Positions 1-12,852 of a DNA stretch of 64,000 nt are shown here, in pieces (position 1 is the stretch's first letter; every line of letters starts with the position of its first letter). Location of the stretch: contig NIVC01003397.1 of NCBI GenBank assembly GCA_002269645.1, positions 1 through 64,000 of the forward strand, written 5' to 3'. A model generated the notes under the pieces. It was not told the DNA's origin. It saw nothing but the letters and a program-made list of their open reading frames with translations, and ran no database searches. Position numbers and translations under genes: made by a program. Source of the DNA: Macrostomum lignano (taxonomy: Eukaryota).

Positions 1-617
1 ACCTTTTTTGAACAAAGTCCAGTCCATCTGTCAAAATAAGTACATGCCACATCAACATACTTCTGTTGACGAGTCATTGCTACTTTACAAAGGTAGGCTC
101 CACTGTCTTCAGTACATGCCCAACAAAAAGGCAAAGCTCGGCATCAAGCTGTATTGTCTAGCCGAATCGAACAGCGGCTATTTGTGGAACTTTCTGATCC
201 ACTCCACTGCGGCCCAAAACAACCTGTTCGGCCAGGATGCGCAGCAGCTGTCGCTCTCGGAACGCATCGTCGTAGAACTGTCTCGGGATATCTTGGACCT
301 CGGTACAGGATCTTTTGTGACACCTGGTTTTGCTCGGCACGGTTGCTCCAGAGAGACACTCTGTTGACAGGCACAGTGCGAGCACAACGCGGCGTTCCCG
401 CGGCTCTGAAGCAGCAGGTGTTGCACCCACCATCCAACGCCTTTTCTAGGCGTGGGGATCTGCTTGCTGTGAAGATTGTGGATCGGCGAGCCTCTGGCCT
501 AAAGACCGTGTACATGCTAGACAGTGCTGGCTCGGCCAACTGTGTGCAAGTTACAAGGGTTCAGCGAGGCAGTCGGGAGCGGCAACTGTTAAAGTCTCAG
601 ACAGCTCTAGACTACAA
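1..617 (+). pseudogene. piggyBac (PGBD-like) transposase fragment, frameshifted, truncated at the Polinton terminus
   Basis: Motifs SVDESLLLYKGR...YMPNKKAKLGIKLYCLAES (frame 8..) and YRIFCDTWF...LTGTVRAQRGVP (frame 154..), joined by a 1-nt deletion near 302. It ends at KSQTALDY, just before the expected N..MGGVD third catalytic Asp, exactly where the inverted repeat begins (618). Confidence 0.85.
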
Positions 618-1098
618 AGTAGAAGGCATGAGGGGGCTTTTGGGACAAAATTTTTCACATCCTCCATAATCCATATTATCCATCCATATTATCCTTGACA
701 GAATCAGAAAAAAGGGGGGTCACACTCGCTCACAAAACCTCCTCCATAATCCCATTAAATTCATCCATATTATCCCCGACAGAATCAGAAAAAAAGGGGT
801 CGCACTTGCTTCGAAAACTTCGAACATAATCCCATTAAATCCATCCATATTATCCCTGAATCAGAGGGTCCTACTCGCTTACAAAACGTCATCCATAATC
901 CACCTAAATCCATCCATATTATCCCCGACAAAATCAGAGCATAACAGGTGTCCTACATAATCCACTGACATCACCCATAGCATCTTCGAAACAATCAGAA
1001 AATAATCTGCATTCTTCTCCCCACATTCAATCCGCAACGCGAAACCAGATCCCAAAGACTTTAAATAATCAGCGCAGGGTCCTTACCCTTTGAAAAAA
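618..1098 (+). repeat. Left terminal inverted repeat of Polinton with ~75-80 bp internal subrepeats
   Basis: agtagaaggcatgagggggcttttgggacaaaatttttcac... is the reverse complement of 31622-32049. Contains repeated ccataatcc..aaatccatccatattatcccc..cagaatcag units. Confidence 0.8.
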
Positions 1099-1811
1099 AA
1101 AATAAATAATAAAAAAAATTAAAAAAAAATTAAATTAAAAAAAAATTTCATATTTGATGTGAATCTTGCGAGGTAAAAAACAATAGCTAGCTGAGAAAAC
1201 TCATAAATAGAATAAATTTTTTTACATAAACAAAAACAAGAATAATTATTAATTGGTGGTACTTCTAAAATTGTCTACAAGTTGCTCTAAATTTATATTA
1301 GAACGAAGGTTATCTAACAAACCTACAGTATCCTCTCTACATATCCCACATTTTATCGTGTTATTACTTGAAGTAAGAATTTCTAGTCATATCACTTATA
1401 AGTAGGCTCTAAACAACTTGACGCTATTCTGGACTGTCTCGGAAAAACCACACATGATTTTCTCTGACGTGTTAGAAAAAATAATGTGCGCCCAGTACGT
1501 TCAAATATTCGTCTCCCCAGCTGGCCTTGGGTACCTCGGTTTCAGAGAAATCTCTCTCCATGCCAGTGTACGCTTTCTGTTACACTCCGCTATTTTTAAC
1601 ACACAACTTTGGCGACAACCTCCTCATGCCTTTCTTGCCTTGCCCCCCTCTAGTGGTATCTAGTGGTAAGTGGTATCTTGCCACTTCTCTCTACACTCTA
1701 TGAAAATATTAAAACTTATGAAATCTTAACACAACAAACAATAACCTAAAGGACTTGTCAATAAAATGTCTGAATAAATAAGATGTCTGATAAATATTAG
1801 AGTTGTTACTG

Positions 1812-2294
1812 TCAGCACGTCTTCACTTTGTTGTCCTCGTCCTCATCTTCATCATCTTCCTCGTTGGCCTCTGAAAAAATAAAAGCAATGTTTTAAGAAT
1901 TATAAATTTAAATTTGATAGAATTAAAACTGTGAAGCAATTACTTACCGTCTTCGTACCAAGCTTGGATTGTCTTTTCAAATTCACCTTCCATTGTAAGG
2001 AATGCAACACTTTCATGCTGCATTCTCAGCAGCTGGTCAAATCTGGTGTCGGTGGCAGCCTTCTTGTGGATTGGAGCGCTATAGTTCAACACACGCCCCA
2101 TCGAATAACCCGAGAAGCGAGCTAGTTGCAAGGCTGGAAATGAATGAAGGTAGAGAAAGAACAAGATATTGTAGATCCTCACACAATCCAAAATCGTTAT
2201 TATTCGGATCCAGAATAATATTGATTTTCTTCCCGCTCACAAACCCTTCCCGACTCAAACGTCTCTCTCTACCCCCATATCTTTCAAAAGTCAT
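1812..2294 (-). CDS. Putative 3-exon small acidic-tailed protein inside the Polinton (exons 2294-2273, 2133-1948, 1870-1812)
   Basis: The 77-nt intron has strong GTAAGT...TTTTCAG signals and the other intron has a polypyrimidine ..TTCCAG acceptor. Phases join to MTFERYGALQLARFSGYSMGRV...WYEDEANEEDDEDEDEDNKVKTC. The exon 1 donor (GTAGAG) is weak. Confidence 0.45.
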
Positions 2295-2389
2295 CCTAGT
2301 TCCTTGTTAGGAGCGCACAAAATAAACCCTGCTCCGAGCGTCCGCCCTCTCTCCCCGTGCACCCACCCTCTCTTCCAAAACACCCACCC

Positions 2390-2752
2390 TCAGCCAATTC
2401 CTAATCCCAACTTTGTCTTTCCCAAAATAACCGCCTTGACTAATTTCCGAGCAATAGACTCACGAAACCCGCTTGAAGTCCCCATATTGTCTAATCTCCT
2501 AAGCATTTCTTTGTCCCAACGATTCTTCTCCTCTGGAAAATTCCTATACTTAACGTCGTGCCACATGCAGACAGAGTCTAGCTCGTTCACAGGTTCATGC
2601 CCAGGATTTGGATTATTGCTTTTATCTAACTGTATTTCAAGTGGATTCAAAGGCCCGCAATATTTGTAGCCGGGAATTGTCCAGCCTTTGTTTGGATGAG
2701 GAAGATTTTCTATCAGTCCATATGAATCTAAATTACCGCCAGAGCGTTGCAT
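2390..2752 (-). CDS. Parvovirus VP1u-like phospholipase A2 (PLA2X-type) protein
   Basis: GYKYCGPLNPL Ca-binding loop, EPVNELDSVCMWHDVKY catalytic HD helix, downstream Asp in RWDKEM; intact 120 aa. Confidence 0.85.
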   Translation of the reverse strand: MQRSGGNLDSYGLIENLPHPNKGWTIPGYKYCGPLNPLEIQLDKSNNPNPGHEPVNELDSVCMWHDVKYRNFPEEKNRWDKEMLRRLDNMGTSSGFRESIARKLVKAVILGKTKLGLGIG

Positions 2753-2782
2753 TATTTTATTTAAAGTTTTCTTTTTTTAAAA

Positions 2783-3817
2783 ATGACAGATCAGAAACTT
2801 CAAAAGCTCTACTACAGTGACAAAGGATTCTTTGTAGGAAAAAATGCAGTCACCAAACTTGCAGAACTAAGTAAGAAACCAAAAGCTACAGTAAAAAAAA
2901 TGGCTCTAAGCAGGCTGTCTTTCAAGTCTATTTCCCACCAGTAAAATTTGAAAGGCCCCATTTCAGTATTTATAAACCTAATGAGGCGCACCAAGCAGAT
3001 CTTCTGTTTCTCCCCAATGACTCAGGCTACAAGTATGCTCTCAGAGTTATAGACATTGCCTCCAGATATAAAGAGGCTCGTCCACTAAAGACTAAACAAT
3101 CAGAAGCATTTGCTAATACGCTACAAGATATTTATAAAAAACTCACCCCTTAGTTACCCTGAAATCTTTATGACCGACCCGGGTAAAGAATTCCTAGGCA
3201 AGGACCACTAGAACTTCTAGTGGTCCTTGTTCCTAGGTGCAGTGAAATCACTTCTACATAAGTATGACACAAAAATTCGCTACGGAAGAACTGAGCTCCA
3301 CAGAGACCAAGCGTACGTTGAGAGATTCAATCTAACTCTAGCCAAGAGACTATTCACTAAGCAGACAGCAGAGGAGCTGAAACTAAAAAGTGGCCAATAC
3401 TATACAAAATGGAAGGACCGCCTCCCCATTGTTATAGAGCAACTGAACAATGAAGTCACACGCATGACTCGATTGAAACAGTCCCATGCAATTAAACAAG
3501 ACACTGTCGAACTTAAGGCATCTCATAGAACAGACACCTCGAACTACCCTAAGCTTCCAGGAGTTGAATCACCATACAAACTGACAAACTCTGAGTTTCT
3601 ACGCTTTTTATATCTACCTGGAGAGCTAGAGAAAGACACCAAAAAAAGAGCTACAGATCCATACTTCAGCCTTGATGTACATAAAATAGACAGACATTTT
3701 ACCTCCGACTCTGGAGAGTATTACTTTTTATCTTAGGCCTTTAACACTAAATCCCCCACGCGGTCATTCACTAGAGCTGAACTCCTAGTGATACCAGCTG
3801 ACACAGAAATTAATTAA
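2783..3817 (+). pseudogene. Polinton retroviral-like (rve) integrase, disrupted
   Basis: MTDQKLQKLYY, HQADLLFLP...KYALRVIDIASRY, MTDPGKEF, YVERFNLTLAKRL, ATDPYFS, RSFTRAELL. Several frameshifts and premature stops. Confidence 0.9.
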
Positions 3818-3833
3818 AATATTAAAATAAAAA

Positions 3834-4280
3834 ATGACAAAGATTGAAACCAGAACCATCAATAAACTCAATAAAATGATTGAATCAAAGAAACCAGGTC
3901 TTATATCAATTAAAGGTGTCAAAGTAAAAATCAATCCCGTGCAGCAAATAGTTCAGTGTAATGAGCAAAGACTCAGCATTACAGATGAAAAGTCAGGAGG
4001 AATCCTACCATTAGCAGCTCTTATCCCAATCATTGCAGGCGCTGTAAGTGCCGCAGGTGGTGTAGCTGGAGGTGTAGCAACTGCTGTTAAAGCTGGGAAT
4101 CATAGAGCCCACCAGCTAGAATTGCAAAAGATTGCAAGAGACAAAGGTATAACAATTAAGGCAGGAGAGGGCTGCCCCGATCGTGATGATTGTGATCATG
4201 AAAATTCTTTTAGCAAGTCTGACATTGTCAAAGCCATCATGACACTGCACAATGCTGGGTTTACAATAATGCGCATGTGA
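3834..4280 (+). CDS. Polinton small virion-type protein with adenovirus pX/mu-like hydrophobic segment
   Basis: Intact 148 aa. KSGG-ILPLAALIPIIAGAVSAAGGVAGGVATAVKA resembles the adenovirus pX C-terminus (GG-ILPLLIPLIAAAIGAVPGIA). Confidence 0.6.
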   Translation: MTKIETRTINKLNKMIESKKPGLISIKGVKVKINPVQQIVQCNEQRLSITDEKSGGILPLAALIPIIAGAVSAAGGVAGGVATAVKAGNHRAHQLELQKIARDKGITIKAGEGCPDRDDCDHENSFSKSDIVKAIMTLHNAGFTIMRM

Positions 4281-4403
4281 TGAGGTTTAAAACCCAACTT
4301 TATCCAGCTTCATAAACCCAACGCTACTGATAGGATGTTAGAAACAGTTCAACTTTTCTATCAGGGTCGTCACCCTCAAAAGTTTGTTATTTTATAGAAA
4401 AAA

Positions 4404-7400
4404 ATGCGAAAAGCCAATCCAGCAAAAGATTTAGTCAACAAATATTTTTCAAAAGGCGTCTCATTTCAAGACAAAAGTAATTTACTAAGAGAAGCATGTA
4501 AACAAAAGTTTAACACCGACCCTGGTCACCTGGGAAGCTATGAAAAACAGTTGGAAATCATCAATCAATTAGAATCCAACCAGTATGCGCCTATAAAAAA
4601 TCCTGCAAAGGAACACCAAGAGAGGAGTCGCAACTTAGTTAACAAATACGAAACTCTCACTGGCGAAAAAGCAAAGTACCCACAAAATAAGCAGGAACAA
4701 GAGAAATTAAAGCAATTAATCCATTTAAAAGAGTCGGAGCTTGCCATTGAAGAGATTAATTTTGCACAGAGGAAGTTTACAGAACATTACATAGAGTACA
4801 CAATCCCAATTAACAACACCAACCACATTAACGACACCAACGGCACCACCGCAAACATCTACGACTATAAAGACAGCATCCAATCAATTTTTGATCACAC
4901 ACTCAAAACACGCAAGACCTTTAAACTACAGATATCATTCAAGATTGCGTTTTATACGCCTGCAAAACTCACTGAACATCTCGAGTATTACATGACAACA
5001 AAGGCAAAGCCATTCACCCCTACAGACACACATGGATCCTTTCCTTCAAGATGTCACTAAGAAAATTGAAGCGTTTACATCCAGAGGTTCCGGATGGGTC
5101 GTGGGAGGGATTCAAAGAGCGACTGTTATGGTCATGAAATATGACCCACTTAAAGCCTCCTCTTATATAGAGCCCCCGCATAAGCTAGCCGGCAAAAAAG
5201 CTTGCATAAATGTTAAAAATAAGACAATTGCTGTGCTCTATGGGCAGTTCTTTCTGCACTTCTTCATGATAGTGTCCCTGACCACCCCGAAAGAACCTCA
5301 AATTATCAAAATTATTTCAACTACTATCTCATCGAATGCGAAAAGAAGGGAATCAGGTTTGACAAAGGAGGCTTGGCGATCTCTCAGATTCCAAAGCTAG
5401 AAGAAGTGTTTAATAACAAAATTAGAATCACAGTCTTTGAGTGGAGTGAAAAAAACTGAGAAAGTTCAACCGGTCAGATGTAGCAAAGACGTTTTAGATC
5501 CTGAGGGGAAAAGGCGGACTGAAGTGGATCTTCTAGTGATTGGTAATTTACTAGAGGAGGCTCACTATGTTTGGATTAAAATCATTCAAGACTCATTCAC
5601 AAGCAGTTGAATAATCATCACGAGGCTGTTGCCATCTGCCGCTTGTGCCTTAAGCATTACAGTGGACCTGAGCGCATTGAAAAACTAGCAGAGCATGAAT
5701 TATCATGTGAAGATCACCCAACTAACTGCTCTCTTCCTTCAGCTGAAGAGAAGTATCTCCGTTTTAAGAACTATCACAAGATGGAGAAGCTCCAATTTGT
5801 TGTATATGCTGATTTCGAATGCTCAATCATGCCAGAAACTCAATAACAAACTCAAACTCAAAAACATGTCCCCAATTCAGTAGCATATGCCTTTATAAAT
5901 ACAAAAGGACTTGTTGAGTCTAATTATTTCTTTGGAGAGCAGTGTGTGGAGCAGTTTATTGCCAGAATGTTAGAGTTGCAAAAATTGATTAGCACCCTTC
6001 AGCCTGTTTCGGGGGCGTAGCCCAGCGGTAGCGCAGCTGCTCTGGTGTGCCAGCGACTCAGGCTCGATTCCAAGTGCAGTCACATTAATTTGGGGCTGAA
6101 TTGGAATCTCGGCTTGGCTCTGCTCGTGCAATTAACGGCCTTGAGAGCCAACCCCCCAATGCGCAGTGAAGTGTACATGCCTAACGGTAAAATAAAGTTA
6201 GGGCCGCTGTACACTCCTGTGTGAGTGTGTGCCTGCGTACGTATCCGCGCGCTTAAATGCCTGCTCAAGGGAGTCGGCGGAATGGGCAGTAATGCCTCTC
6301 GCCGGTTGTGTGCCTAAGTCGCTTAAAGTGCGCCAGGGTGCACACAACCCCCCTGCCTCTAATAAAAAAAATTCAGCCTTTCCAATAATTATGTCTGAGG
6401 AGGATGAAAGCAATTTCCTATCAGCAACTCATTGCCACATCTGCAGGAAACAGTTAACTTGCACTGATATTAAAAACCCCACCGTTAGGGACCACTGCCA
6501 CTATACTGGGAAATTTAGAGGTGCAGCGCATAACACTTGTAATCTAAAGCTAAAATCGAACATTCATGATCTAACGATATTTTGTCACAACGCAAAGAAC
6601 TATGACATGCATTTAATAGTTGAAAAATCGGCATGATTCCAGACATACACCTTGATTGCATCGCAGAGAACAAGGAGAAGTTTAAGTGTGTTGATATTAA
6701 ACAGGATAATTCGGTTAAAGGTTCGAGTGAAGGTAAAATAAGACTGAAGGATTCATATCAATTTCTAGCTGCCAGTCTAGACGAACTAAGCAAGAATCTA
6801 AAAGATGAACAATGTACATGTACAAAGATATTTGCTAATAAAATTAACAACACTGATGAATCATTTAAACTTTTAAGAAAGAAAGGCTTCTACCCCTATG
6901 AAAATATTACTGGGTATCACGTATTTGAAGAAGGTTTACCACCACAAGAAAAGTTCTTTTCAAAGCTAACAGACTCTGGAATCTCTGACAAAGACTATGA
7001 GCACGCGAAGCATGTCTATAATTACTTTAATTGTCAAAACTTCTTCCAGTATCACCTGCTTTACCTCTACACAGATGTGTTTCTGCTGGCTGATGTGTTT
7101 GAAACCTTCCTTCAGATACACCTGGTACACAGCATATGGCCTTGATCCAGCACATTATGTGTCTCTGCCTGCTACTAGCTGGGAATCTTTGCTTAAAATG
7201 AAATGGGACCAAGATCCATATTGGTACATTGCAGAACTTCTTACAGACATTGACATGTACAATTTTGTCGCATCGTCAAAGCGAGGGGGGATCTCAATTT
7301 GCGTTAACAGGTATGCAAAGGCAAACAATCCCTACATTGAATCTTACAATAAGAAGCAGCCCTCAAACTACATAACTTACTTGGACGCTAATAATCTCTA

Positions 7401-8130
7401 CGGGTGGGCGATGAGTCAAGATCTTCCAGTTAGAGATTTTCGATGGCCAATTGTATCAGAATTCAAATGGGACTTTTCAATACCCGGCATTTGTGAGGTT
7501 GATGTTTACATTCCACCAGAGTTTCACGACTATATCTCTGACTTTCCACCCTTCCCAGAGAACATCAAGTGCCCGAAAATAATCGAAAATCCCAATGGAA
7601 CTTGGCACCTGTCAGGAACAGAAAAAGAACATACAGAGAAACTAACACAGAATCTAAACAACAAGACACGTTACAAAATTCATTACAAACTGCTTCAGTA
7701 TTTTATCTCACTTGGTTGCAGGGTCACCAAAGTTCACAGGGCTCTTAATTTACAGAGGAAGCGTGGATGAAACCCTACATTGATAAGAACACCCAGTTTA
7801 GGACCAAAGCAAACCAACGACTTTGACAAGAACCTCTTTAAGTTGGCCAACAACTCTGTCTATGGCAAGACTCTTGAGAATGAGCGGAAAAGAACAAACC
7901 TGAAACTTGGTTCCTCATCAGAGCCTGCTGTTATTCAGGCAAATATGTCAAAGCCAACATTCAAAGAACTCCATATCTTTAATAGCTACTTAGGTGTGAT
8001 CATATTTTACAAAACCAAGGTGACGCTGCGCAAGCCGATCTATACAGGTGTCACTGTTCTCGACGAATCAAAACGTCTGATGTACCAGTTCTTCAACTGG
8101 GTAAGTCAAAGCCCTGAGAATGGTATTTGA
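4404..8130 (+). pseudogene. Protein-primed family B DNA polymerase (pPolB), frameshifted, SINE-interrupted, truncated before motif C
   Basis: GSGW...YDPLKASSYI, VVYADFEC (ExoI), VRDHCHYTGKFRGAAHNTCN, CHNAKNYDMHLI (ExoII), LKDSYQFLAASLDEL, KGFYPYE, YTDVFLLADVFE (ExoIII), YLDANNLYGWAM (A), KLANNSVYGKT (B). No YxDTDS motif found. Confidence 0.92.
6006..6371 (+). mobile_element. tRNA-derived SINE inserted in pPolB
   Basis: A box TAGCCCAGCGG (6018), B box GGCTCGATTCC (6061), A-rich tail, 8-bp TSD TTCAGCCT (5998-6005 / 6372-6379). Removing it restores KLISTLQP-FPIIMSEEDE. Confidence 0.85.
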
Positions 8131-9599
8131 ACCATGCAGCGGTGTCGGAACATATTTCAAAGTGGGGGGGGCTATTGGTGGGAGGGCATATTGCACATAA
8201 TTTTTTTTAATCTAGGGCACCCTAACTCCTGCTGTTATGTCATTTTGTGACATTAATTGTTACAACCAGAGCAATATTCAATCATATCATATCAATTGTG
8301 TGAAAGTAAGCCAAAAGTCTAAAAATGCACGAATATTCAACTAATTAAAGCATTGCGCAACTGTACTGCACTATCAATTAATTTATTTAGTGAATATCTG
8401 AAATGAATGAAAATTATGTTCAGTTTTATGTTGTAGCCGTGCGCTCAAGTAGCAACGTGTAAATTATCAGAAGAAAGTAGCAGCAACGTTCTGGTCTATA
8501 CGTTTTTGTCTGCTATATTCCACAGCAATAATCTTATATAGATCTATATATCCATCTATCAATCCATTTATCTATTTATTTATTTATCTATCTATCCATC
8601 TATTTATCTGACTACTGAACCATCCAGAACTTCACTTCTTTAACTTTAATTTCAATCAATCACGAGTATCAGTCTTCCTCCACCCTACGGTACAATTTCC
8701 AAGAGTTGCGCAGCTCAACTCATGAGGTAGCTTGCTCGCTCACACTTAGTGTTACGTGTTGTCTAGAATCCATACCCTAGGCTACTTTCTCCATTCTGTG
8801 TATACTCTGTCTAAGAAATCTAAATTATGTGAATATCCTCAATCATAATTTGTGGGGATTCCTGATCAACAAACGCCAGTAAATATCAATAGTGCGAGCT
8901 AGCCCTTGAGTGTTGTCAATAGAGCTCCAAGCCAAACATTAGCTGCACAAAATTTTCAAAATGATTTTTTGGGGTTCCTGCTTCGCAACTAGCAACTAGC
9001 AACTAAAACTTTTTATTTGATTTTGACGGACCGGTTGCAGTTTAAGTTTGCAAATACAATCGCAGTTGATTATTACTGTTGAATATAACAGACAAACAAA
9101 CTTACCGACCAGTTTTGTTTATATTTGAAAAGCAGAACCCCCAAAAAAATTCTGATTCAGGATGAGGTCCGGTTTGAAGATGGGGCTTTTAGAGTGCAAA
9201 GTGTGCAAAGCTTTTTTGAAGCCTAAAAGCTTTGCACACTTTTGAGAGGTGCCTCGCACGCTCGTAGTTGGGGTTTCACACACTATTAGGAGGGGAATCG
9301 CACGCTTTTAAGACGCTCTTTGCACACCTTTGCACGAGATGACAAGGCTTACGTTGGAATCGCTATAATATTATCAATAGTAGGCTCACAGTGGAATCGC
9401 TTATAGATAGATATAAAAAGTTTTACTTTTAATTTTTTGAATAATGGCCATGACGCATTTAAACACTTATATTGTTATTTGCAGTATCGAAATGCATGCC
9501 ACTTTCAGCGATCCCCACAAAATTATATTGAGAATTGCGAGGCTGTTTAGAGTATAGAGACGGACATCAGATCGGTTCCAGCAGTGTTTTACAGTAAAA

Positions 9600-10342
9600 T
9601 TACACCGAATGACGAAGACCGAAAAGAAAAAACGAGTAGTCAATGGCAAAGGCGGGCAGTTCGAAAGAAAAAACATTCGAGCTTCGGGCAATGAGTATAG
9701 TCATCAAATGAAAAGAGAGGTAGCTAAATAATTTATACTGAGAGAACTTCAAAAGTAGCTGAGAGCAGCCGCAGGAGTGTATGTAGCTTAACAAATAAAA
9801 GCAGCATGATTCGCGATATAGGAATGACTGCGCAGTAGACAAGAAACTAGAGAGACAAAAGGAGAAATTCAGAATTTATAGCAGTTGAACAACAAAGATT
9901 TAGAGTGAAGTGAAAAATAGCCATTGATACAACTGCTTTAAGTATAAACTCACAAAGCAGACGGGATAGTCGGCACCATTGGAGTCGAGGTCGACAACGC
10001 TGCATCTTCTGGGCTACATGTCGCCGAGGGCCTTCTGTTTAAAATGAAGTCATGTATTATTGTCTTGGTTTAGACTCAAGTTCTCAAGTATCAAGTTTAG
10101 ATACAACTACACGCGCCATCATTCAACTAAATATTAATAAAATCAGCATGAATTAGGAAATTTTGTGTCGCCTTACATGTTCTCACTAAGCCGGCGAATC
10201 TTTGAAGGTGGCTGCCGATCCATGTCCTCGAAGTCCAGCTGCTCTGCTTCAAAGTCACATGGCCGCTTCATTTCTTCTCTGGTGCTTTTAAAACTATTTT
10301 CTTTGGAGCAGTACTCTCGTAGCTCTTCGATGAAAGCTGAAA
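9600..10342 (-). other. Possible spliced gene fragment of unknown identity
   Basis: Canonical acceptor/donor pairs flank ~10342-10176 (FIEELREYCSKE...KIRRLSEN) and ~10037-9955. No recognisable domain. Confidence 0.25.
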
Positions 10343-10696
10343 GTGAACAGAATTAGAAAAAATGTTAGTTAAAAATTACAGTACAGCATTGTTGTTTGGC
10401 AGTAAAAGTCGCATAACTTAGCCTATCTTTCCTAAAGAGTTTGAAGAGCCTTTTTGAACCAAAGAGAAATAGAAGGGAAGTAATAAGATCTTAGGTCTAC
10501 ATAGTTATAAGAACAACTATAAGAGTACACTCTAGAAATGAGATTGTAGGAGAGATTGTAGGAGTATAGCTATAATTTGAATAGAAATGAAATGAAGCAG
10601 AAAAGTAATAATTAATCGTATATAGATGCAAATATTGAACATGCAAAAAGCAAAATGAAACAACATTCGTAAAAAAATTAGTAATAAATAGTAATG

Positions 10697-11497
10697 TGTC
10701 ACGATTATTGATGTAGCGGCTAGCTATGGCTATGACCCTTAAAAGGGCCGTTTGACGAGAGTTGCAGAAGGTCGTAGTTCCAAAATAAATTGAAGTCAAC
10801 TCTTGCAAAGCGGATCGTGTAGCGGAGCACTTGGCGATAAAGGCAGGAAACTGCCGTAGTTGTTTTTATTGTTGAGATCAATATTAGAAGTGGTTATTAC
10901 TGTCAATACACAAACTATAGCTTTCTGGGCACTGGCGGCTGCAACAATGGTTTTTGAAGATAATTAGAATATGAAGTCAAGTGGCAGACGAATGATGCGA
11001 TGGCGACGCAACGTGATGAGCAATGGCGATGAGCACGGTGAAGGCAGTGAGTAGCAGTAGGCAGGCAGGTGAGAAGTGGCGAGATTGGCGTTAGCCATGG
11101 CGGAACACAGTGAAGTAACAGTGTGAACAGGCTGGCCCAGACAGAGGGGCCGTGGCGAGAGATAAGGAGGCAGGACGAGACAAGAGCCAGAACAAGGCAG
11201 GACAGGAAAGTGGAGGCCCCCAGCCCGCCAGGCGAGGGTTAATAAAGGAGCGCAGAGGGGGGCGTAGCGCGAAGCACGAGCGGTTCTCATTGGCTGGCTA
11301 AAGAACTTAAAATTATCGATCGTGCCAGTTTTCTACGGTCGCATGAAAGGATAGCAAAGTACGCAGTGAATTAGCGATAGGTACAGATTCATTGGGCACT
11401 ACTACAAGTAAACGTTAAAATAAACGATTGGAGAAATTTTAGAGAAGCTGCAGTCCAACGGCCCTTTTCGGGACCACTTTAAACTGGCAACGTCACA
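10697..11497 (-). mobile_element. Solo LTR (family shared with 37983-38709)
   Basis: TGTCACG...CGTCACA ends, 4-bp TSD AATG, CCAAT then TATA-like motif on the minus strand, clear homology to the second copy. Confidence 0.8.
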
Positions 11498-12572
11498 AAT
11501 GTTTAATAATTAGTAATGAGCTTACTGAGTAGTGGACGAGAGAATAAATGGCACCTAATAAATTACAACTATAAATAATGGAATACAAATATGAAATCGA
11601 AATTAGTCGAAAAGTACAAAGTCACAACATCACAACAAGTAAATAAATGAAAGTTAAGCACACGATGAAAGTAATAATTACTTGATTATAAAATTAAGTA
11701 ATGAATGGACTTAAGTAATGAGTGGTAATAAATATGCATTATTATGCACAACAACGAGTAGTGGACGAGTAAATTGGCACCTAATAAATTACTTAAAACT
11801 ATAAATGGAATACAAATAGAATTAGTAAACATGCAAAAAAGATGAAGTAAAAAATGAAAATTAAAAACATTGTCTTTAGACCTATAATGTCATATATTGT
11901 CATTCAATCATTTCTTTTGCGAAGTCGCGACCATTGGGATTTCCATCTATTGATATTAATTTGCATTGTCATGCTGTCAGCAACTTCGGCCTTGTCCACA
12001 AACCGCAAGGACTAATGTGTCGCGACGTACTGATTGTACGCGCTCTTGCTTGGTGGGATCGGGCAGTTGCTACTCGGACCATTAAGACGCAGCAGCTCAT
12101 CAACAACTGCACTGATTTTCAAGCCGTTGGCTGTCTGCATGCGTCGCTTTGACTCAGTGCGCTTCTCTGCTGCTGTTAACACTCTAGGAGTGTTGACTTC
12201 ATGGTGAACGGACGCATTGGCTCGATAGGCCTCCTGGCTAATGATTTGGTTCATCTCATTGTAACCATTGTATGCCTGGGTAACCATTCCTGGGTTGCCT
12301 GGGTTCGTCCATTGTCGTAGGGGAATTTATTGTACTGATACTCGGCTGTTTTGCTGACTGCTGAGTGTTCACTGGTGTCGAGAACAGCGCGTTTGCAGTT
12401 TCCACAGACGCCTCCGCGATGGGTGCGAGATTCCTCCTTGAATAAGAAGAATTGTAGTGGCGAGAGGTAAAGAACAAGTGCAACCAATGTAAAATGCTGT
12501 TGCCCACGTCGATAGCATCTTCCGCTTTCCGTTAGCTGTCGTCTTCATAGTTTTGGATGCCGTACTGGTCGT

Positions 12573-12852
12573 CCTCAGCTGCCGACTCATCATGATCGTC
12601 GTCCAGTCTGGGGCCATGCCTTCTAGGACGAATGCTGTCATCGTCATCATCCTCCTCATGGTCGTCCTGGTCGTCATCAGCTGCCGACTCATCATGATCG
12701 TCGTCCAGTCTGGGGCCATGCTTTCTAGGACGAATGCTGTCATCGTCATCATCCTCCTCATGGTCGTCCTGGTCGTCATCAGCTGCCGACTCATCATGAT
12801 CGTCGTCCAGTCTGGGGCCATGCCTTCTAGGACGAATGCTGTCATCGTCATC
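12573..12852 (-). repeat. 102-bp tandem repeat (~2.7 copies) encoding an acidic 34-aa unit
   Basis: Identical positions at 12637/12739/12841. Minus frame reads DDDDSIRPRRHGPRLDDDHDESAADDDQDDHEE. Confidence 0.85.

Noticed and set aside
6011-6082. Functional tRNA gene
   Set aside because: The acceptor stem is not formed, and it is followed by a SINE body, tail and TSD.
8100-8110. GTAAGT after FFNW as an intron donor rescuing PolB motif C
   Set aside because: No downstream YxDTDS exon found by eye.
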